64,000 nt of DNA from Candidatus Borrarchaeum weybense (GCA_019057385.1 JAHQJS010000007.1:256001-320000), one strand, 5' to 3'. Numbered from the stretch's first letter, positions 1-10,748 are shown. Program-made: numbers and translations. The notes: generated from the sequence alone by a model not told the origin.

Positions 1-415
1 AAGCACCTAGAAGAACGTTTAATAATGCTAGATCGTAAAAAAGCCTTCTAGTTGTTGTAAAAGGAGCTTTTATCGGGATAATCAAGTCTAATGCGAAAAG
101 GCAAAGACCGATTACAAAACTAGCTAAAGGACCTGCTATGGACAGACGCCATTCAAGATTTGGTTTATCAGCAATAGATTCAATTTGAGATGCGCCACCT
201 ATCGGGTAGAGAATGATCTTCTGAACTTCAATATTGTAATGCTTTGCAACCAGAGAATGGCTTAACTCATGTAAAGTCACGAAAACAAACAGAAAGATTA
301 CTAGAATGAAATAATATCGTGAGAACACTAATACTACAAGCAATAATATTATGAAAGTTATATGAAGTTCGATCGGAATTCCGAATACTGAACCAATTTT
401 AAAAGAATACTTCAA
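1..415 (-). CDS. Site-2 protease (M50 family), 3' end runs off the window
   Basis: Manual translation from TTG at 415 gives MKYSFKIGSVFGIPIELHITF...TLHELSH, the typical S2P N-terminus and HExxH motif. Not in the ORF track. Confidence 0.85.
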   Translation of the reverse strand, partial: MKYSFKIGSVFGIPIELHITFIILLLVVLVFSRYYFILVIFLFVFVTLHELSHSLVAKHYNIEVQKIILYPIGGASQIESIADKPNLEWRLSIAGPLASFVIGLCLFALDLIIPIKAPFTTTRRLFYDLALLNVLLGA

Positions 416-527
416 ACACCACACCGCTGTAAATAATTGTTGTTATGATGCAACACCATTTCTTTATTTTTAGGACTTTTTACGCCTCTAATTTCAATTG
501 ATACTGCTTTCAGTCTGGTTTTTTATT

Positions 528-1448
528 CTAGTCAGCCTTAAATGCGCTCCCGAATAATTGCATTTTACCCTTAACAATCTCTTTCATAGCTTCTTTCGCT
601 GGACCTAGAATCTTTCTTGGATCAAATTCTTTTGGTAAAGTAACTAAAATCTCACGAACTGTGGATGTAAAAGCTAGTCTTAGATCCGTATCGATATTTA
701 TTTTCTGTATTCCTAAGGATATAGCTTTTTTGATATCTTCATCGGGGATTCCTTTAGCCTCACTTATTGCTGCTCCGTATTTCACGGCTTTTTCAACTAG
801 TCGTGATGGAACTCCAGATGCTCCATGCAAAACAAGTGGAATTTTGACCATTTTTCTAATTGTCTTGAGTCGTTCAAAATCTAATCTTGGCTTCGCTTTA
901 AATTTATAAGCGCCATGTGAGGTTCCAATCGCAACAGCGAGGATGTCCACACCGGTTCGTTCAACAAACTCCTTAGCGGCACTTGGGTCGGTTAATATTG
1001 CATCCTTTTCTTCAACCGTTGTCTCTTCTATGCCAGCAAGTCTGCCAAGTTCAGCCTCAACTGATATACCTTTTGGTTGAGCTAATTCCACAACATGTTT
1101 TGTCAATGAAATATTCTCTTCAAAATTTAGATGAGAACCATCTATCATAACAGAAGTAAAACCAATATCAATACATTTTGACACCGTTTCTACATCTGGT
1201 CCATGATCTAGATGTAGAGACATTGGTATTGAAGTGGATTTTTCCGCAGTTTTAACTATGGCTGTTAGATATTCTAAACCAGCATATTTGATAGAGGAAG
1301 ACGTTATTGCAATAATGACTGGTGATTTTTCCTCCACAGCGGCTTCAGTGATAGCCAATAAAGATTCTAGATTGCTTATATTGAAATGGCCAACAGCATA
1401 TCCCTTAGCCATAGCCTCAGATAAAATTTCCTTATTTGTGAGAAGCAT
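528..1448 (-). CDS. fba: Class II fructose-1,6-bisphosphate aldolase
   Basis: HLDHG, SVMIDGS, VEAELG, GTSHGAYK, LVLHGASG and KINIDTD motifs. Confidence 0.95.
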   Translation of the reverse strand: MLLTNKEILSEAMAKGYAVGHFNISNLESLLAITEAAVEEKSPVIIAITSSSIKYAGLEYLTAIVKTAEKSTSIPMSLHLDHGPDVETVSKCIDIGFTSVMIDGSHLNFEENISLTKHVVELAQPKGISVEAELGRLAGIEETTVEEKDAILTDPSAAKEFVERTGVDILAVAIGTSHGAYKFKAKPRLDFERLKTIRKMVKIPLVLHGASGVPSRLVEKAVKYGAAISEAKGIPDEDIKKAISLGIQKINIDTDLRLAFTSTVREILVTLPKEFDPRKILGPAKEAMKEIVKGKMQLFGSAFKAD

Positions 1449-1592
1449 ATCTTCTTTCCTTCTAACACATTCTAAAATCTATAGTAGGACAATGCAAATT
1501 AAATCTCTCAAATTAACTCATTTATGTGTAATGACTACAAAGAGACGGTTTTTTCATTATAAACTCCTTACAAGATTTGAATTTTATATTTT

Positions 1593-1616
1593 TGTGACTG
1601 TCGTGTAACAGTAACA
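1593..1616 (-). promoter_or_regulatory. Palindromic operator (site 1), upstream of fba
   Basis: Minus strand reads TGTTACTGTTACACGACAGTCACA, followed by aaaaTATAAAA. Confidence 0.8.
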
Positions 1617-1749
1617 AATCAAAAAATTGTGAAAACCTAAATCAATAAAAATATCTTTGGCATTTGACAATTCAATCCACGAAATCAACGCATACAAAGC
1701 TATATATTCATCAAAGTACACATATGAAAGATCTACCTAAAGTCACTCT

Positions 1750-1773
1750 TGTTACTGTTACATAACAGTCACA
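1750..1773 (+). promoter_or_regulatory. Palindromic operator (site 2), upstream of the H+-ATPase
   Basis: TGTTACTGTTACATAACAGTCACA, followed by cacgTTTAATAA. Confidence 0.85.
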
Positions 1774-1901
1774 CACGTTTAATAATCAAAGCTTCTGCAA
1801 AATACGGATAAGTTAATTATGATACGTAATTAACACAAAATTTCACCTAAATAACAAGAACTTGATCTTTTTACCAGAAAAGAAATAGAGGATTTAATAT
1901 T

Positions 1902-4358
1902 ATGAGCTCAGAGGATGTTATAATTAAAACAGAAGAGGCAAAAAAGAACTCAATAAAAGAATTGTTAAAAAAACTTTCCTCAAGTGAAACGGGTCTTTCT
2001 ACCTTGGAGGCAGAACAACGACTTTCACAATACGGTCCTAACGAAATTCCCGAAAAGAAAGTAAATCCGATTCTCAAATTTTTAAGTTATTTCTGGGGAC
2101 CGATTCCTTGGATGATCGAAGCTGCTATTGTCTTGTCGGCAATCATTCAGCACTGGGAGGATTTCTGGATCATTTTTGCTTTGTTGATGTTAAATGCTGT
2201 AGTTGGATTTTGGCAGGAGCACAAGGCAGATAATGCCATTGAATTATTAAAAAAGAAACTAGCACAGTCAGCGCGCGTGCTTCGTGACGGCAAATACATT
2301 AAAAAATCTGCCAAAGAACTAGTGCCGGGAGATGTGGTGCGTGTTCGCCTGGGAGATATTGTTCCAGCAGACGTTAAACTTATGGATGGCGACTATCTGC
2401 TAACAGATGAATCTGCATTAACTGGAGAATCTATGCCCGTCGAAAAACATACTTCTGATATTGCCTATTCTGGTTCTATTATCCGCCAAGGGGAAATGAC
2501 TGCATTAGTAGCCGTTACTGGTACGAACACATATTTTGGCGAGACTACAAAATTAGTGGAGGAAGCAAAGACCCAGAGTCATTTCCAGAAGGCTGTTATC
2601 AAAATCGGTGATTATCTGATTGCACTTGCTCTTGGACTAGTGATGATCATTTTTGTTGTTTCGCTTTTCCGTCAGCAAAGCATACTGCAAACTCTTCAGT
2701 TTGCATTAGTTCTAACCGTTGCTGGAATACCTGTGGCGCTACCAGCGGTTCTCTCAGTCACACTGGCAATAGGAGCAATATCCCTTGCGAAAAAGGAGGC
2801 TATTGTCAGTAAGCTTGTTGCCATTGAAGAAATAGCAGGCATGGATATCTTATGCTCAGATAAGACAGGTACTATCACTAAAAATGAGATATCCGTTGCC
2901 GAAGTGAAATTTCTCACAGGATTCACAGAGAATGACGTAATTCTTTTTGGAACTTTAGCGTCAAGAGAGGAAAATCAAGATCCTATTGATGACGCAATTA
3001 TTTCCAAAATCAAAACCATGGATGCGATTAATGAGTCTCTTACTGACTACAAGGTGACAGTTTTTAAACCATTTGATCCGGTTGCAAAGCGCACCGAAGC
3101 CGCCATAGAGACTGCTGACGGCAGTCATTTCAAAGTATCGAAAGGGGCACCCCAGGTTATCCTAGCACTCTCGTTATATGAAGAGGCAATATCTAACGAA
3201 GTTAATAAAACTGTCAACGCCTTTGCTGCCAAGGGATATCGCGCACTTGCTGTAGCCAAAACTATAGGCGATCAGGATAATTGGCAATTTGTCGGACTGT
3301 TCGCCCTTTACGATCCACCTCGTGAAGATTCTGCGGAAACCATCAAGATCGCACAAACTATGGGCGTCAACGTCAAAATGATTACTGGAGATCATACCGC
3401 TGTGGCCAAAGAGATCGCCCATCAGGTCAATCTGGGCACCAATATAATGCCGTCTTCATCTTTCTTGAACAAATCTGACAGGGAAGCCACGCGAATTATT
3501 GAAAACGCCGATGGTTTTGCTGAAGTTTTTCCCGAACACAAGTACCATATTGTAGAACTTCTCCAAAACAAAGATCATATTGTTGGCATGACGGGAGATG
3601 GTGTTAATGATGCTCCTGCCCTGAAAAAGGCTGATGCGGGAATTGCTGTTGCTGGCGCTACTGATGCTGCGAAATCAGCTGCAGATATTGTTCTCACTAA
3701 ACCTGGCCTTTCAGTGATCATCGATACTGTAAAAGAAAGCCGCAAGATATTTCAACGAATGAATAATTACTCTATCTACCGCATGACGGAAACGATTCGT
3801 GTGTTATTTTTCATTACTCTAGCCATACTTGTTTTTCGATTTTATCCTATTACTGCTATTATGATAGTCTTATTAGCACTACTAAATGATGCACCAATTA
3901 TGACTATCGCTTATGATAATGTTAAATACTCTGATAAACCAGAGACATGGAATATGCGGACTGTATTAGGCATCGCCACGGTGCTTGGAATTATTGGAGT
4001 TGCAGTTTCTTTTGGAATTCTTTACATTGGACTAGAGATCCTACACCTTAGTCATGAAGTACTCCAGTCTTTTATTTATCTGAAGCTTTCCGTAGCAGGT
4101 CATTTGACAGTGTTTGTGGCTCGAACAAAGGGTCACTTTTGGTCAGTAAAACCAGCAAAACAAGTGGTTCTAGCAGTTTTGCTTACACAATTTATCGCAA
4201 CATTAATCACCGTTTACGGAATTTTGCTTCCTGCAATGGGCTGGGCTTTAGCACTTTTTATATGGGGATATGCGCTTGTGTTTTTTGTTATAACAGACTT
4301 TATAAAAGTCCAAGTATACAAGTTACTGGATCATGGCGAAATAAAATTTACGCGCTAG
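1902..4358 (+). CDS. Plasma-membrane proton-efflux P-type ATPase (type IIIA)
   Basis: FWGPIPWMIE, TGES, CSDKTGT, TGDGVNDAPALKKAD and LLNDAPIMTIAYD motifs. Confidence 0.93.
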   Translation: MSSEDVIIKTEEAKKNSIKELLKKLSSSETGLSTLEAEQRLSQYGPNEIPEKKVNPILKFLSYFWGPIPWMIEAAIVLSAIIQHWEDFWIIFALLMLNAVVGFWQEHKADNAIELLKKKLAQSARVLRDGKYIKKSAKELVPGDVVRVRLGDIVPADVKLMDGDYLLTDESALTGESMPVEKHTSDIAYSGSIIRQGEMTALVAVTGTNTYFGETTKLVEEAKTQSHFQKAVIKIGDYLIALALGLVMIIFVVSLFRQQSILQTLQFALVLTVAGIPVALPAVLSVTLAIGAISLAKKEAIVSKLVAIEEIAGMDILCSDKTGTITKNEISVAEVKFLTGFTENDVILFGTLASREENQDPIDDAIISKIKTMDAINESLTDYKVTVFKPFDPVAKRTEAAIETADGSHFKVSKGAPQVILALSLYEEAISNEVNKTVNAFAAKGYRALAVAKTIGDQDNWQFVGLFALYDPPREDSAETIKIAQTMGVNVKMITGDHTAVAKEIAHQVNLGTNIMPSSSFLNKSDREATRIIENADGFAEVFPEHKYHIVELLQNKDHIVGMTGDGVNDAPALKKADAGIAVAGATDAAKSAADIVLTKPGLSVIIDTVKESRKIFQRMNNYSIYRMTETIRVLFFITLAILVFRFYPITAIMIVLLALLNDAPIMTIAYDNVKYSDKPETWNMRTVLGIATVLGIIGVAVSFGILYIGLEILHLSHEVLQSFIYLKLSVAGHLTVFVARTKGHFWSVKPAKQVVLAVLLTQFIATLITVYGILLPAMGWALALFIWGYALVFFVITDFIKVQVYKLLDHGEIKFTR

Positions 4359-4558
4359 AAAAAACTCAAAATTATTTCGGAAGTTTCTTTTTTCTCCACT
4401 TCCTTGAGGGGGATCAGTAAAATACCAAAGATTAGAGTTTGCAATACCAATTAATGTCATAAAGAGACAATTAAGTTCTTAATAATAATATCGTTATAAG
4501 AAATCCTTTAGTAGTCGATCGAAAGGCAGAACAATTCGCAAATATTCTTCTAGAGATT

Positions 4559-5440
4559 TTAGGGTTCACTAGTAATTTTTATACGTGTTGGTTCTATTTT
4601 GAATGACTTCCAGATTTCTTCAAAATCGTTTTTAAGATGATTAATAAGGCTTTGATTATCAGTCCATAAATCAGGATGGTCCCCTAGATGTCCTTTTCCT
4701 GGTTTGGTTGCTAGTATCATTTGCTTACCATCAATTAGCAGGTATTTACTTAGGAGTCTTTCTGGATTACATGTCTTAAATTCTATTCCTACGTTCTTGG
4801 CCGTTTCCAAAAATTTAGGAATGAACTCATGTGAATCAGTCATTTCTGTAATTATACGAACTTTTACTCCGCTCTCTACTGCTTTTTTCAGTAGATCATG
4901 AAAAGAAGATAAGAATTCGATGATCTTGCTTCTTGAGACGGCCATGTCAATCTCATTTTTCGCAGCATTCAACATTCCGGAAATTTTAGTATATAACACA
5001 GCCTTATCTGGTATTAACGCAAAATGGGCTGCGTCCTCATCAAATTCCTGTTTCTGACTACGTGGCTTAATTACTGTCAAAGCTTCCTGTAAATTATTTT
5101 TTAATTTACGGATTCTTTTTTTTGCTTTTTCTTGTTCTCGATTGATCACGTCTGAAAGAGCAAACTTAATTGGAAGTACTCTAATCGTCATCGGTGTTCC
5201 CATCAATCTTTCTACTAAGCCCATCTCTTCAAGTCTCGGTAAATTTCTATAAACATCCTCTCGACGAACATCTGACAACTTTGAAATAGTATCGACTGAA
5301 GCAGCGCCCAATTTAATTATTGCTTCATAAATCTTTGCTTGGTTATTGGTGAGTCCAAAAGCAGTTAACAGTTCAATAATTTCTTCTTTCTCTGAGAATT
5401 GCTCTCTTGTTATTCTACTTTTGGAATCCATTTTATTCAC
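4559..5440 (-). CDS. TrmB-family transcriptional regulator
   Basis: N-terminal FGLTNNQAKIY...VRREDVYRNL wHTH and a C-terminal PLD-like sensor domain. Confidence 0.88.
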   Translation of the reverse strand: MNKMDSKSRITREQFSEKEEIIELLTAFGLTNNQAKIYEAIIKLGAASVDTISKLSDVRREDVYRNLPRLEEMGLVERLMGTPMTIRVLPIKFALSDVINREQEKAKKRIRKLKNNLQEALTVIKPRSQKQEFDEDAAHFALIPDKAVLYTKISGMLNAAKNEIDMAVSRSKIIEFLSSFHDLLKKAVESGVKVRIITEMTDSHEFIPKFLETAKNVGIEFKTCNPERLLSKYLLIDGKQMILATKPGKGHLGDHPDLWTDNQSLINHLKNDFEEIWKSFKIEPTRIKITSEP

Positions 5441-5555
5441 TAATCCTGTGTTTTAGGTTATTAATCGTTTAAATATAATAAATTATCTTTCCTTTAATAA
5501 TTTCTTTTTAGGCAGACTGTGTTAGTTCAACATCCAGAAATCTTTGTTTTATTCC

Positions 5556-5579
5556 TGTTACTGTTAGTTAACAGTCACA
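5556..5579 (+). promoter_or_regulatory. Palindromic operator (site 3), between the divergent trmB and DUF1116 genes
   Basis: TGTTACTGTTAGTTAACAGTCACA, followed by tagaTATAAG. Confidence 0.85.
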
Positions 5580-5682
5580 TAGATATAAGATTTGATATTC
5601 ATCATTAATATCTTTGAAATGTGAGTGACTTGAAACCCTAGAAAAACAGAAGGTAGATACTATTAAGGAATGGAACACAATT

Positions 5683-6945
5683 TTGAGGCGTATTTCAAGT
5701 CAAAAAAATATTCGAGATGAGATTTACGCGGCTAACTCAAAAGCTCTAGAGATACTAGATAACGGTAAGGCCACGTTAGTGGACTTTGACATGGCAAAAA
5801 AGGTTATACCTAACATGAATGATGACATTATTCTTCATTCAGGTCCGCCGATCGATTACAAAGATATGATTGCACCGATGAAGGTAGCTATACAAGGCGG
5901 CCTTATCTTCGAAGGAAAGACAAAAACTTTGAAAGATGCAGATAAAATCGCATCAAGCGGGGAGATAATGTTTAAACCTTGCCATGAATATGCAAGCGTC
6001 GGGTCCATGGCAGGTATAATAACTCCTTCTATGTATGTCGCAGTCGTGGAGAATTCTGAATATGGAAATAAAGCATTTTGCAATCTTCACGAAGGCCTTG
6101 GAACAAATTTAAGATTTGGAGGATATAATGAAGAAGTGATTGGACAGTTTTACTGGATGTTTGATGTCCTTGGCCCCTCACTGAAGAAGGTGGTTAAGAA
6201 GATGCCGATAGATTTGATTTCCATAATCAGCCAAGGGTTACTGATGGGAGATGAGTTCCACCTAAGATCTAATGCATCAAATATGTTATTCTTGAAGAGC
6301 ATAATAGATTATCTGTGGGATACTGATGATGGCACGGCAATTGTTAAGTTTATTAATGATAACGAACAGTTCTTCCTGAACCTTGCAATGTCTGCAAATA
6401 AAGTGCTGGCAGATGCTGCAGATGGAATAGAATGCAGCACACTTGTGACGAGAATGACGGGAAATGGTACCGACTTTGGCATAGGAGTGAGCGGATTGGA
6501 GGGACAGTGGTTCATCGGTCCTGTAGAAGTGCCTAATGATATGTACTTTAATGGATATAATCAACTAGACGCTGTTGGAGATTTTGGTGATAATTCTATT
6601 ACGGAGACGCTCGGACTTGGTGGTTATGCATTAGAGGCTGCTCCTAACGTGATAAGGCGTATTGGAAAAAATATGAAAGAAGCCGTGCGTATGACCCTTG
6701 ATGGCTATAAGGTGTGTGATGGTGTCAACAGTCAATTCTTTATACCATACCTCAAATTCGAAGGCACCCCTTTGGGCATAAACATCATCAAAGTCAATAA
6801 AACCGGTCTTGTTCCGAAATCAACTATAGAAATCGTCCATAAAAAAGCTGGTATCGGGCAAATAGGCACCGGAATCTCTTGTGCTCCCATTAAAGCCTTT
6901 AGAGACGCATTAAAAGCCTTCGCAATGAAATACGGGATATACTAA
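5683..6945 (+). CDS. DUF1116 (YlbE/YahG/AllG-like) protein
   Basis: ILHSGPP, PCHEYASVGSMAG, MGDEFH, NGTDFGI and GDNSITETLGLGG match this family. Confidence 0.85.
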   Translation: MRRISSQKNIRDEIYAANSKALEILDNGKATLVDFDMAKKVIPNMNDDIILHSGPPIDYKDMIAPMKVAIQGGLIFEGKTKTLKDADKIASSGEIMFKPCHEYASVGSMAGIITPSMYVAVVENSEYGNKAFCNLHEGLGTNLRFGGYNEEVIGQFYWMFDVLGPSLKKVVKKMPIDLISIISQGLLMGDEFHLRSNASNMLFLKSIIDYLWDTDDGTAIVKFINDNEQFFLNLAMSANKVLADAADGIECSTLVTRMTGNGTDFGIGVSGLEGQWFIGPVEVPNDMYFNGYNQLDAVGDFGDNSITETLGLGGYALEAAPNVIRRIGKNMKEAVRMTLDGYKVCDGVNSQFFIPYLKFEGTPLGINIIKVNKTGLVPKSTIEIVHKKAGIGQIGTGISCAPIKAFRDALKAFAMKYGIY

Positions 6946-7069
6946 AAGAATATGAGTGCTGAAATTTACCAAAGATCTCGTTTAAACATTCTTAGGCTTA
7001 TTTAGCTTCTGCTTCTAAATATTACCAATATCGTTTCCTTCCATTTTGTTTTTCATAATTAATCCTCTT

Positions 7070-7093
7070 TGTTACTGTTGTCTAACAGTCACA
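7070..7093 (+). promoter_or_regulatory. Palindromic operator (site 4)
   Basis: TGTTACTGTTGTCTAACAGTCACA, followed by cacgTTTAATAA. Confidence 0.85.
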
Positions 7094-7151
7094 CACGTTT
7101 AATAATTAATTCTAGTTTTCTTTTGTTACGGAAAAAAGATGGATAAAAAAG

Positions 7152-7733
7152 ATGGATAAAATGACAAAAAATCGGAAAAAAATACGGCGAGAGATTACCG
7201 CAGTTGGCATCATATTCTTAAGCTTTGGACTAATCTTGGTAGCAGTGGGAATGCGCCCAACCTTTAAAATTGTTAAAAATACTGAAACACTACTTTACGT
7301 TACAGATTACCCACTTTCAGAGAATTACGTCTATTTTGATACAACATTGAAACCAGGAGATATGGCCTCGGGAACAATTAAAACTTCGAATCCTGTAAAC
7401 TTCTATATCTTCGACAGTGATCAGTATAACAATTGGCAAACGATTTATTCTTACTCTCCAAATGCGCCTTCGATTTTCACAAGAACCCATTCCAACAATA
7501 TCGCATTTAGCGTCCAAATTTCGTATGAGGATACTTATTATTTAGTTGTTCACAACTACTATAGTTATTCAGGCTGCGTGATAAGATCTATGTATGTAGA
7601 GAGGACATATTTTACAAGGATAGAGCATTTTGATTATTCACTATCAATAGCTGGTTTGCTCACGGTGTTGACTGGTCTTATTATTGCTGCAATTGGATTA
7701 TCGACGCGCGTAAAAGTTGAAAACAAAGTTTAA
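7152..7733 (+). CDS. Two-TM membrane protein with an extracellular beta-sandwich (GOLD-like) domain
   Basis: N- and C-terminal hydrophobic helices; PVNFYIFD...TYYLVVHN pattern; similar to 53957-54706. Confidence 0.7.
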   Translation: MDKMTKNRKKIRREITAVGIIFLSFGLILVAVGMRPTFKIVKNTETLLYVTDYPLSENYVYFDTTLKPGDMASGTIKTSNPVNFYIFDSDQYNNWQTIYSYSPNAPSIFTRTHSNNIAFSVQISYEDTYYLVVHNYYSYSGCVIRSMYVERTYFTRIEHFDYSLSIAGLLTVLTGLIIAAIGLSTRVKVENKV

Positions 7734-7774
7734 CATTTTTACACTGGTTATAGTGCCCTCAACAGTTTTATCTG

Positions 7775-7818
7775 ATATTGAAGAGAAACCTCCCTCCGAG
7801 AGGGTGGAGCTGAATTGC
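7775..7818 (+). mobile_element. Orphan IS200/IS605-like left-end hairpin
   Basis: aagagaaacctccctccgagagggtggagctgaattgc parallels the left ends of the other elements (aagaaagcatcaccgc...ggtgatgaattgc). Confidence 0.5.
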
Positions 7819-8049
7819 CATCCGTTTCTCGTGAGGGAAATGTTGTGTTTTCTCCGTAAGACGCCTCCATTCGGTATGAACAAACGGATTTCCGTGTGTT
7901 TCACTTACACACAGGATTATTTAACTAACTTAACGGACTATTGGCAAGTGCAGTATCCAAGGTGGTCGGCTTGGCGTGAAGGCGTACTCAAGGTATTTTG
8001 TTAGATTCAAACATTACTGTCTCCCTAAAGTTAGGACACCACCTTGTAG

Positions 8050-8255
8050 GCGAGCTACCTCGTGCTAAAGCCTCAAGGCTTCCTGTTTCTACGACAGACT
8101 CGATCTCCCTGACGGGGTTACGGAGGTAGTAACTCCACAGGCTTACCATCCCTACGCCCCGTAGGTACTCATAGGCTCTATGAGCAACAGACCATATACA
8201 CCCAACGCAATTCATCACCAGGCTGAAGCGGTGATGCTTTCTTGCTTAGCTACCC
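8050..8255 (-). mobile_element. Non-autonomous IS200/IS605 derivative, family A copy 1
   Basis: Near-identical to 14539-14742; TTAC at the left junction (8256-8259); right end ...gaggtagctcgc; keeps the tnpB 3'/reRNA region. Confidence 0.85.
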
Positions 8256-8315
8256 GTAATCGAACGTTCGTAAATTTGTAAATATTATTAAAATATAAAT
8301 CAGAGCCTTTTTTTC

Positions 8316-8339
8316 TGTGACTGTATTTTAACAGTCACA
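8316..8339 (+). promoter_or_regulatory. Palindromic operator (site 5), upstream of the cydA-like operon
   Basis: TGTGACTGTATTTTAACAGTCACA, followed by aaccTTTTATAG. Confidence 0.85.
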
Positions 8340-8375
8340 AACCTTTTATAGATAGCTTCCTCATACGTAAGCTTC

Positions 8376-10061
8376 ATGTCTACTATTAAATCACTTTTGG
8401 AAATGAAAAAAATCCTGATACTAGTGCTAGCCTTAGCAGTATACATCGTTATTCTAGTCTTTGTTATAGTGCCGTTGCAAGGTGGATTAATTCCTTCTTC
8501 TGTGATAAGAAGTGAAGACTTTCAAAACGCAGATCCTCAATATAGAGAAACACTACCTATACAAACAGTTGACTTAAGCTCTTCAGGACGTTCTATTTTC
8601 ATTGCAGTAGTCATGCTTTCCCATGTTCTTTACGCTAACTTACACCTTGGAGGTTCATGGGTAGCCATCGTTACAGCATCTCTTTATCTCAAAACAAAGG
8701 ATAAACGTTACGAGAACCTCGCAAAATCCCTCACCCTATTCAATGTAATCTTATTTAGCGCTGGTGCTACCTTTGCGATAGCAGGAGTGCTTTTCTTTAT
8801 ATCTTTATATCCAGTATTTGCCGCGCAGTTATTTCATATCTATTGGTGGCCCTTTTTTGTTGAAGCAATAACCTTCGCTTTGGAGATCTTCTTTCTATAT
8901 TCATTTTGGTTTACTTGGGGTAAAATCAACGTCAAATGGCATCAATTTTTAGGCTATGGTTATGCGATTGATGTTTTTATTCAGACATTTCTTATCAATA
9001 TGGTCGCTAGTGGAATGCTGACCCCAGGTGGCGCTTCGATCGTCTATAGCCAAACTGGACTTATGACTATTCCAATAAGCGAGGCGTGGGCATGGTGGCT
9101 CAATCCAACCACTTTACGACTCCAACTTCATCGATTAGCTGCCGCAGTTTCCTATTTTGGCTTTCTAGTGGCAATGTTGGGTACACTCCACTATGGCGAT
9201 CGGAAAGATGAAATCTCGAAAAAACACTGGGACTGGGTTACATCCTATGGGTTAGCGTGGGGCTTGCTCGGATTAGTTTTTCAACCAGCACTGGGACTAA
9301 TCTACATGATGGCCATCAGCGATGCACAGGACTCCGCCTTTCAGATGATCATGCATGGCCCGCGTGCCTGGGAAATGTTACTAATGGTTGCATTGTTTTC
9401 TGCCCTTGTCATTTCATCGCTTATTTACTTTTATGATCGCCGGGAGCGAATACTTACGAAAGTTGAAACACGCACATGGCATACATTATTCAAAATCTGC
9501 TTAATTGCTGCAGTAATATGTGCAATAATTCTTGTTCAACCTGCTTGGCTGGGAGCCACCTTCATTGACGATCCTAACGCTTGGGAGAACCCCTTAGGAA
9601 GCATGGACTTCAAATATCCTACACTATTTACTTTGATCATACTTGGAGTAATTGTTCTGACTATAGATACAGCCATATTGTCCGATCTACATGAAGCTGA
9701 GTGGGGACATCCGTCTAAAACTGCACGAACGGCAGCAATGCTTTCAGGAATATTTGCCTCATGGATTGTAGTAGTAATGGGGTATGTGCGTGAATCCGCT
9801 CGCTCACCGTGGACAATATATAACATAATCCCAGTGCCTCATTCATATCCAGACTATCCAACACCCATTCCTTTGCCGCAAATTTTCGTCGTTTGGGCCG
9901 TTGTTATATTTCTCGCGCTGACAGTCTTTTGGTACACCTCTAAGGTCACAGCGTATCACCCTGAGGAAGCTGAAAAGATAATTCCAAGACTTACAAAGAA
10001 AGAACGGAAGAAAATCGAAGAAAAATTTCCACCACCCCTGGAGGCAGTCGAGGAGACATAA
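8376..10061 (+). CDS. Cytochrome bd oxidase subunit I-like membrane protein
   Basis: Multi-TM protein with SHVLYAN, EAITFALE, LHRLAA and MGYVRESARSPW (a GRQPW-like motif). Confidence 0.8.
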   Translation: MSTIKSLLEMKKILILVLALAVYIVILVFVIVPLQGGLIPSSVIRSEDFQNADPQYRETLPIQTVDLSSSGRSIFIAVVMLSHVLYANLHLGGSWVAIVTASLYLKTKDKRYENLAKSLTLFNVILFSAGATFAIAGVLFFISLYPVFAAQLFHIYWWPFFVEAITFALEIFFLYSFWFTWGKINVKWHQFLGYGYAIDVFIQTFLINMVASGMLTPGGASIVYSQTGLMTIPISEAWAWWLNPTTLRLQLHRLAAAVSYFGFLVAMLGTLHYGDRKDEISKKHWDWVTSYGLAWGLLGLVFQPALGLIYMMAISDAQDSAFQMIMHGPRAWEMLLMVALFSALVISSLIYFYDRRERILTKVETRTWHTLFKICLIAAVICAIILVQPAWLGATFIDDPNAWENPLGSMDFKYPTLFTLIILGVIVLTIDTAILSDLHEAEWGHPSKTARTAAMLSGIFASWIVVVMGYVRESARSPWTIYNIIPVPHSYPDYPTPIPLPQIFVVWAVVIFLALTVFWYTSKVTAYHPEEAEKIIPRLTKKERKKIEEKFPPPLEAVEET

Positions 10062-10747
10062 TGATATCTGATGTAAAAGTGACTGAGGAACAGATCTTTG
10101 TATATCTAGGGACTCAGACATTAAAATTCCCCAGATTGCATTTGCCAGAGGTTTTTTTGCACTGGCAGGCTGAAGCAAGGCTAAAGATGTTTGATATATT
10201 AGAAAATAAGGGCGCGGATGTCATAAAGACGCATCCCGCCCATCTTCCTGTTTTTGCTACACTGGGAACCAGTTCATTTCCAATCAACCTGACTGCTAAA
10301 GGGATAGGTCTCTTGCCGAAGCTAAAATATCTTGAAGAATTTACAACTCTTTTCAAGGACACCCAAGCCAATGCCGATGGGCAGTCATGGCACGATACGC
10401 TTTCACTAAGAGTGGAGGCTGTTAGAACCTTTTATAGTAATCTAGAGAATTTTGACCGCGGGATATTGGGCGGACTGGAGATTTTTGAAGGTCGTACGAC
10501 CCAAAATTTAAAAAACTATCCGCTGGCGTCGATTTTATATATCGGAGAAGCTCCCAAGTTCCCAAGTTACCAGTTCAATGGAGTGGTCGTTTTTGTAGAT
10601 TCTGAAAATCCATATTTTCGCTTTTTAAGAGCTGCTCGTGAATTATTCGCTTTTGATTCGTTTCATATTCCCCAAATTCGTTATCCTTATGGATTTCTCT
10701 TTCATGTGGTAGAAATTCTAGACAAAACTCCGTTTCCGAGGCGATAA
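10061..10747 (+). CDS. Hypothetical protein, possibly a PNPOx-like split-barrel flavin/heme binder
   Basis: Translationally coupled in the operon; LEIFEGRTTQNL...ASILY...SYQFNG pattern. Confidence 0.55.
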   Translation: MISDVKVTEEQIFVYLGTQTLKFPRLHLPEVFLHWQAEARLKMFDILENKGADVIKTHPAHLPVFATLGTSSFPINLTAKGIGLLPKLKYLEEFTTLFKDTQANADGQSWHDTLSLRVEAVRTFYSNLENFDRGILGGLEIFEGRTTQNLKNYPLASILYIGEAPKFPSYQFNGVVVFVDSENPYFRFLRAARELFAFDSFHIPQIRYPYGFLFHVVEILDKTPFPRR

Positions 10748-10748
10748 A

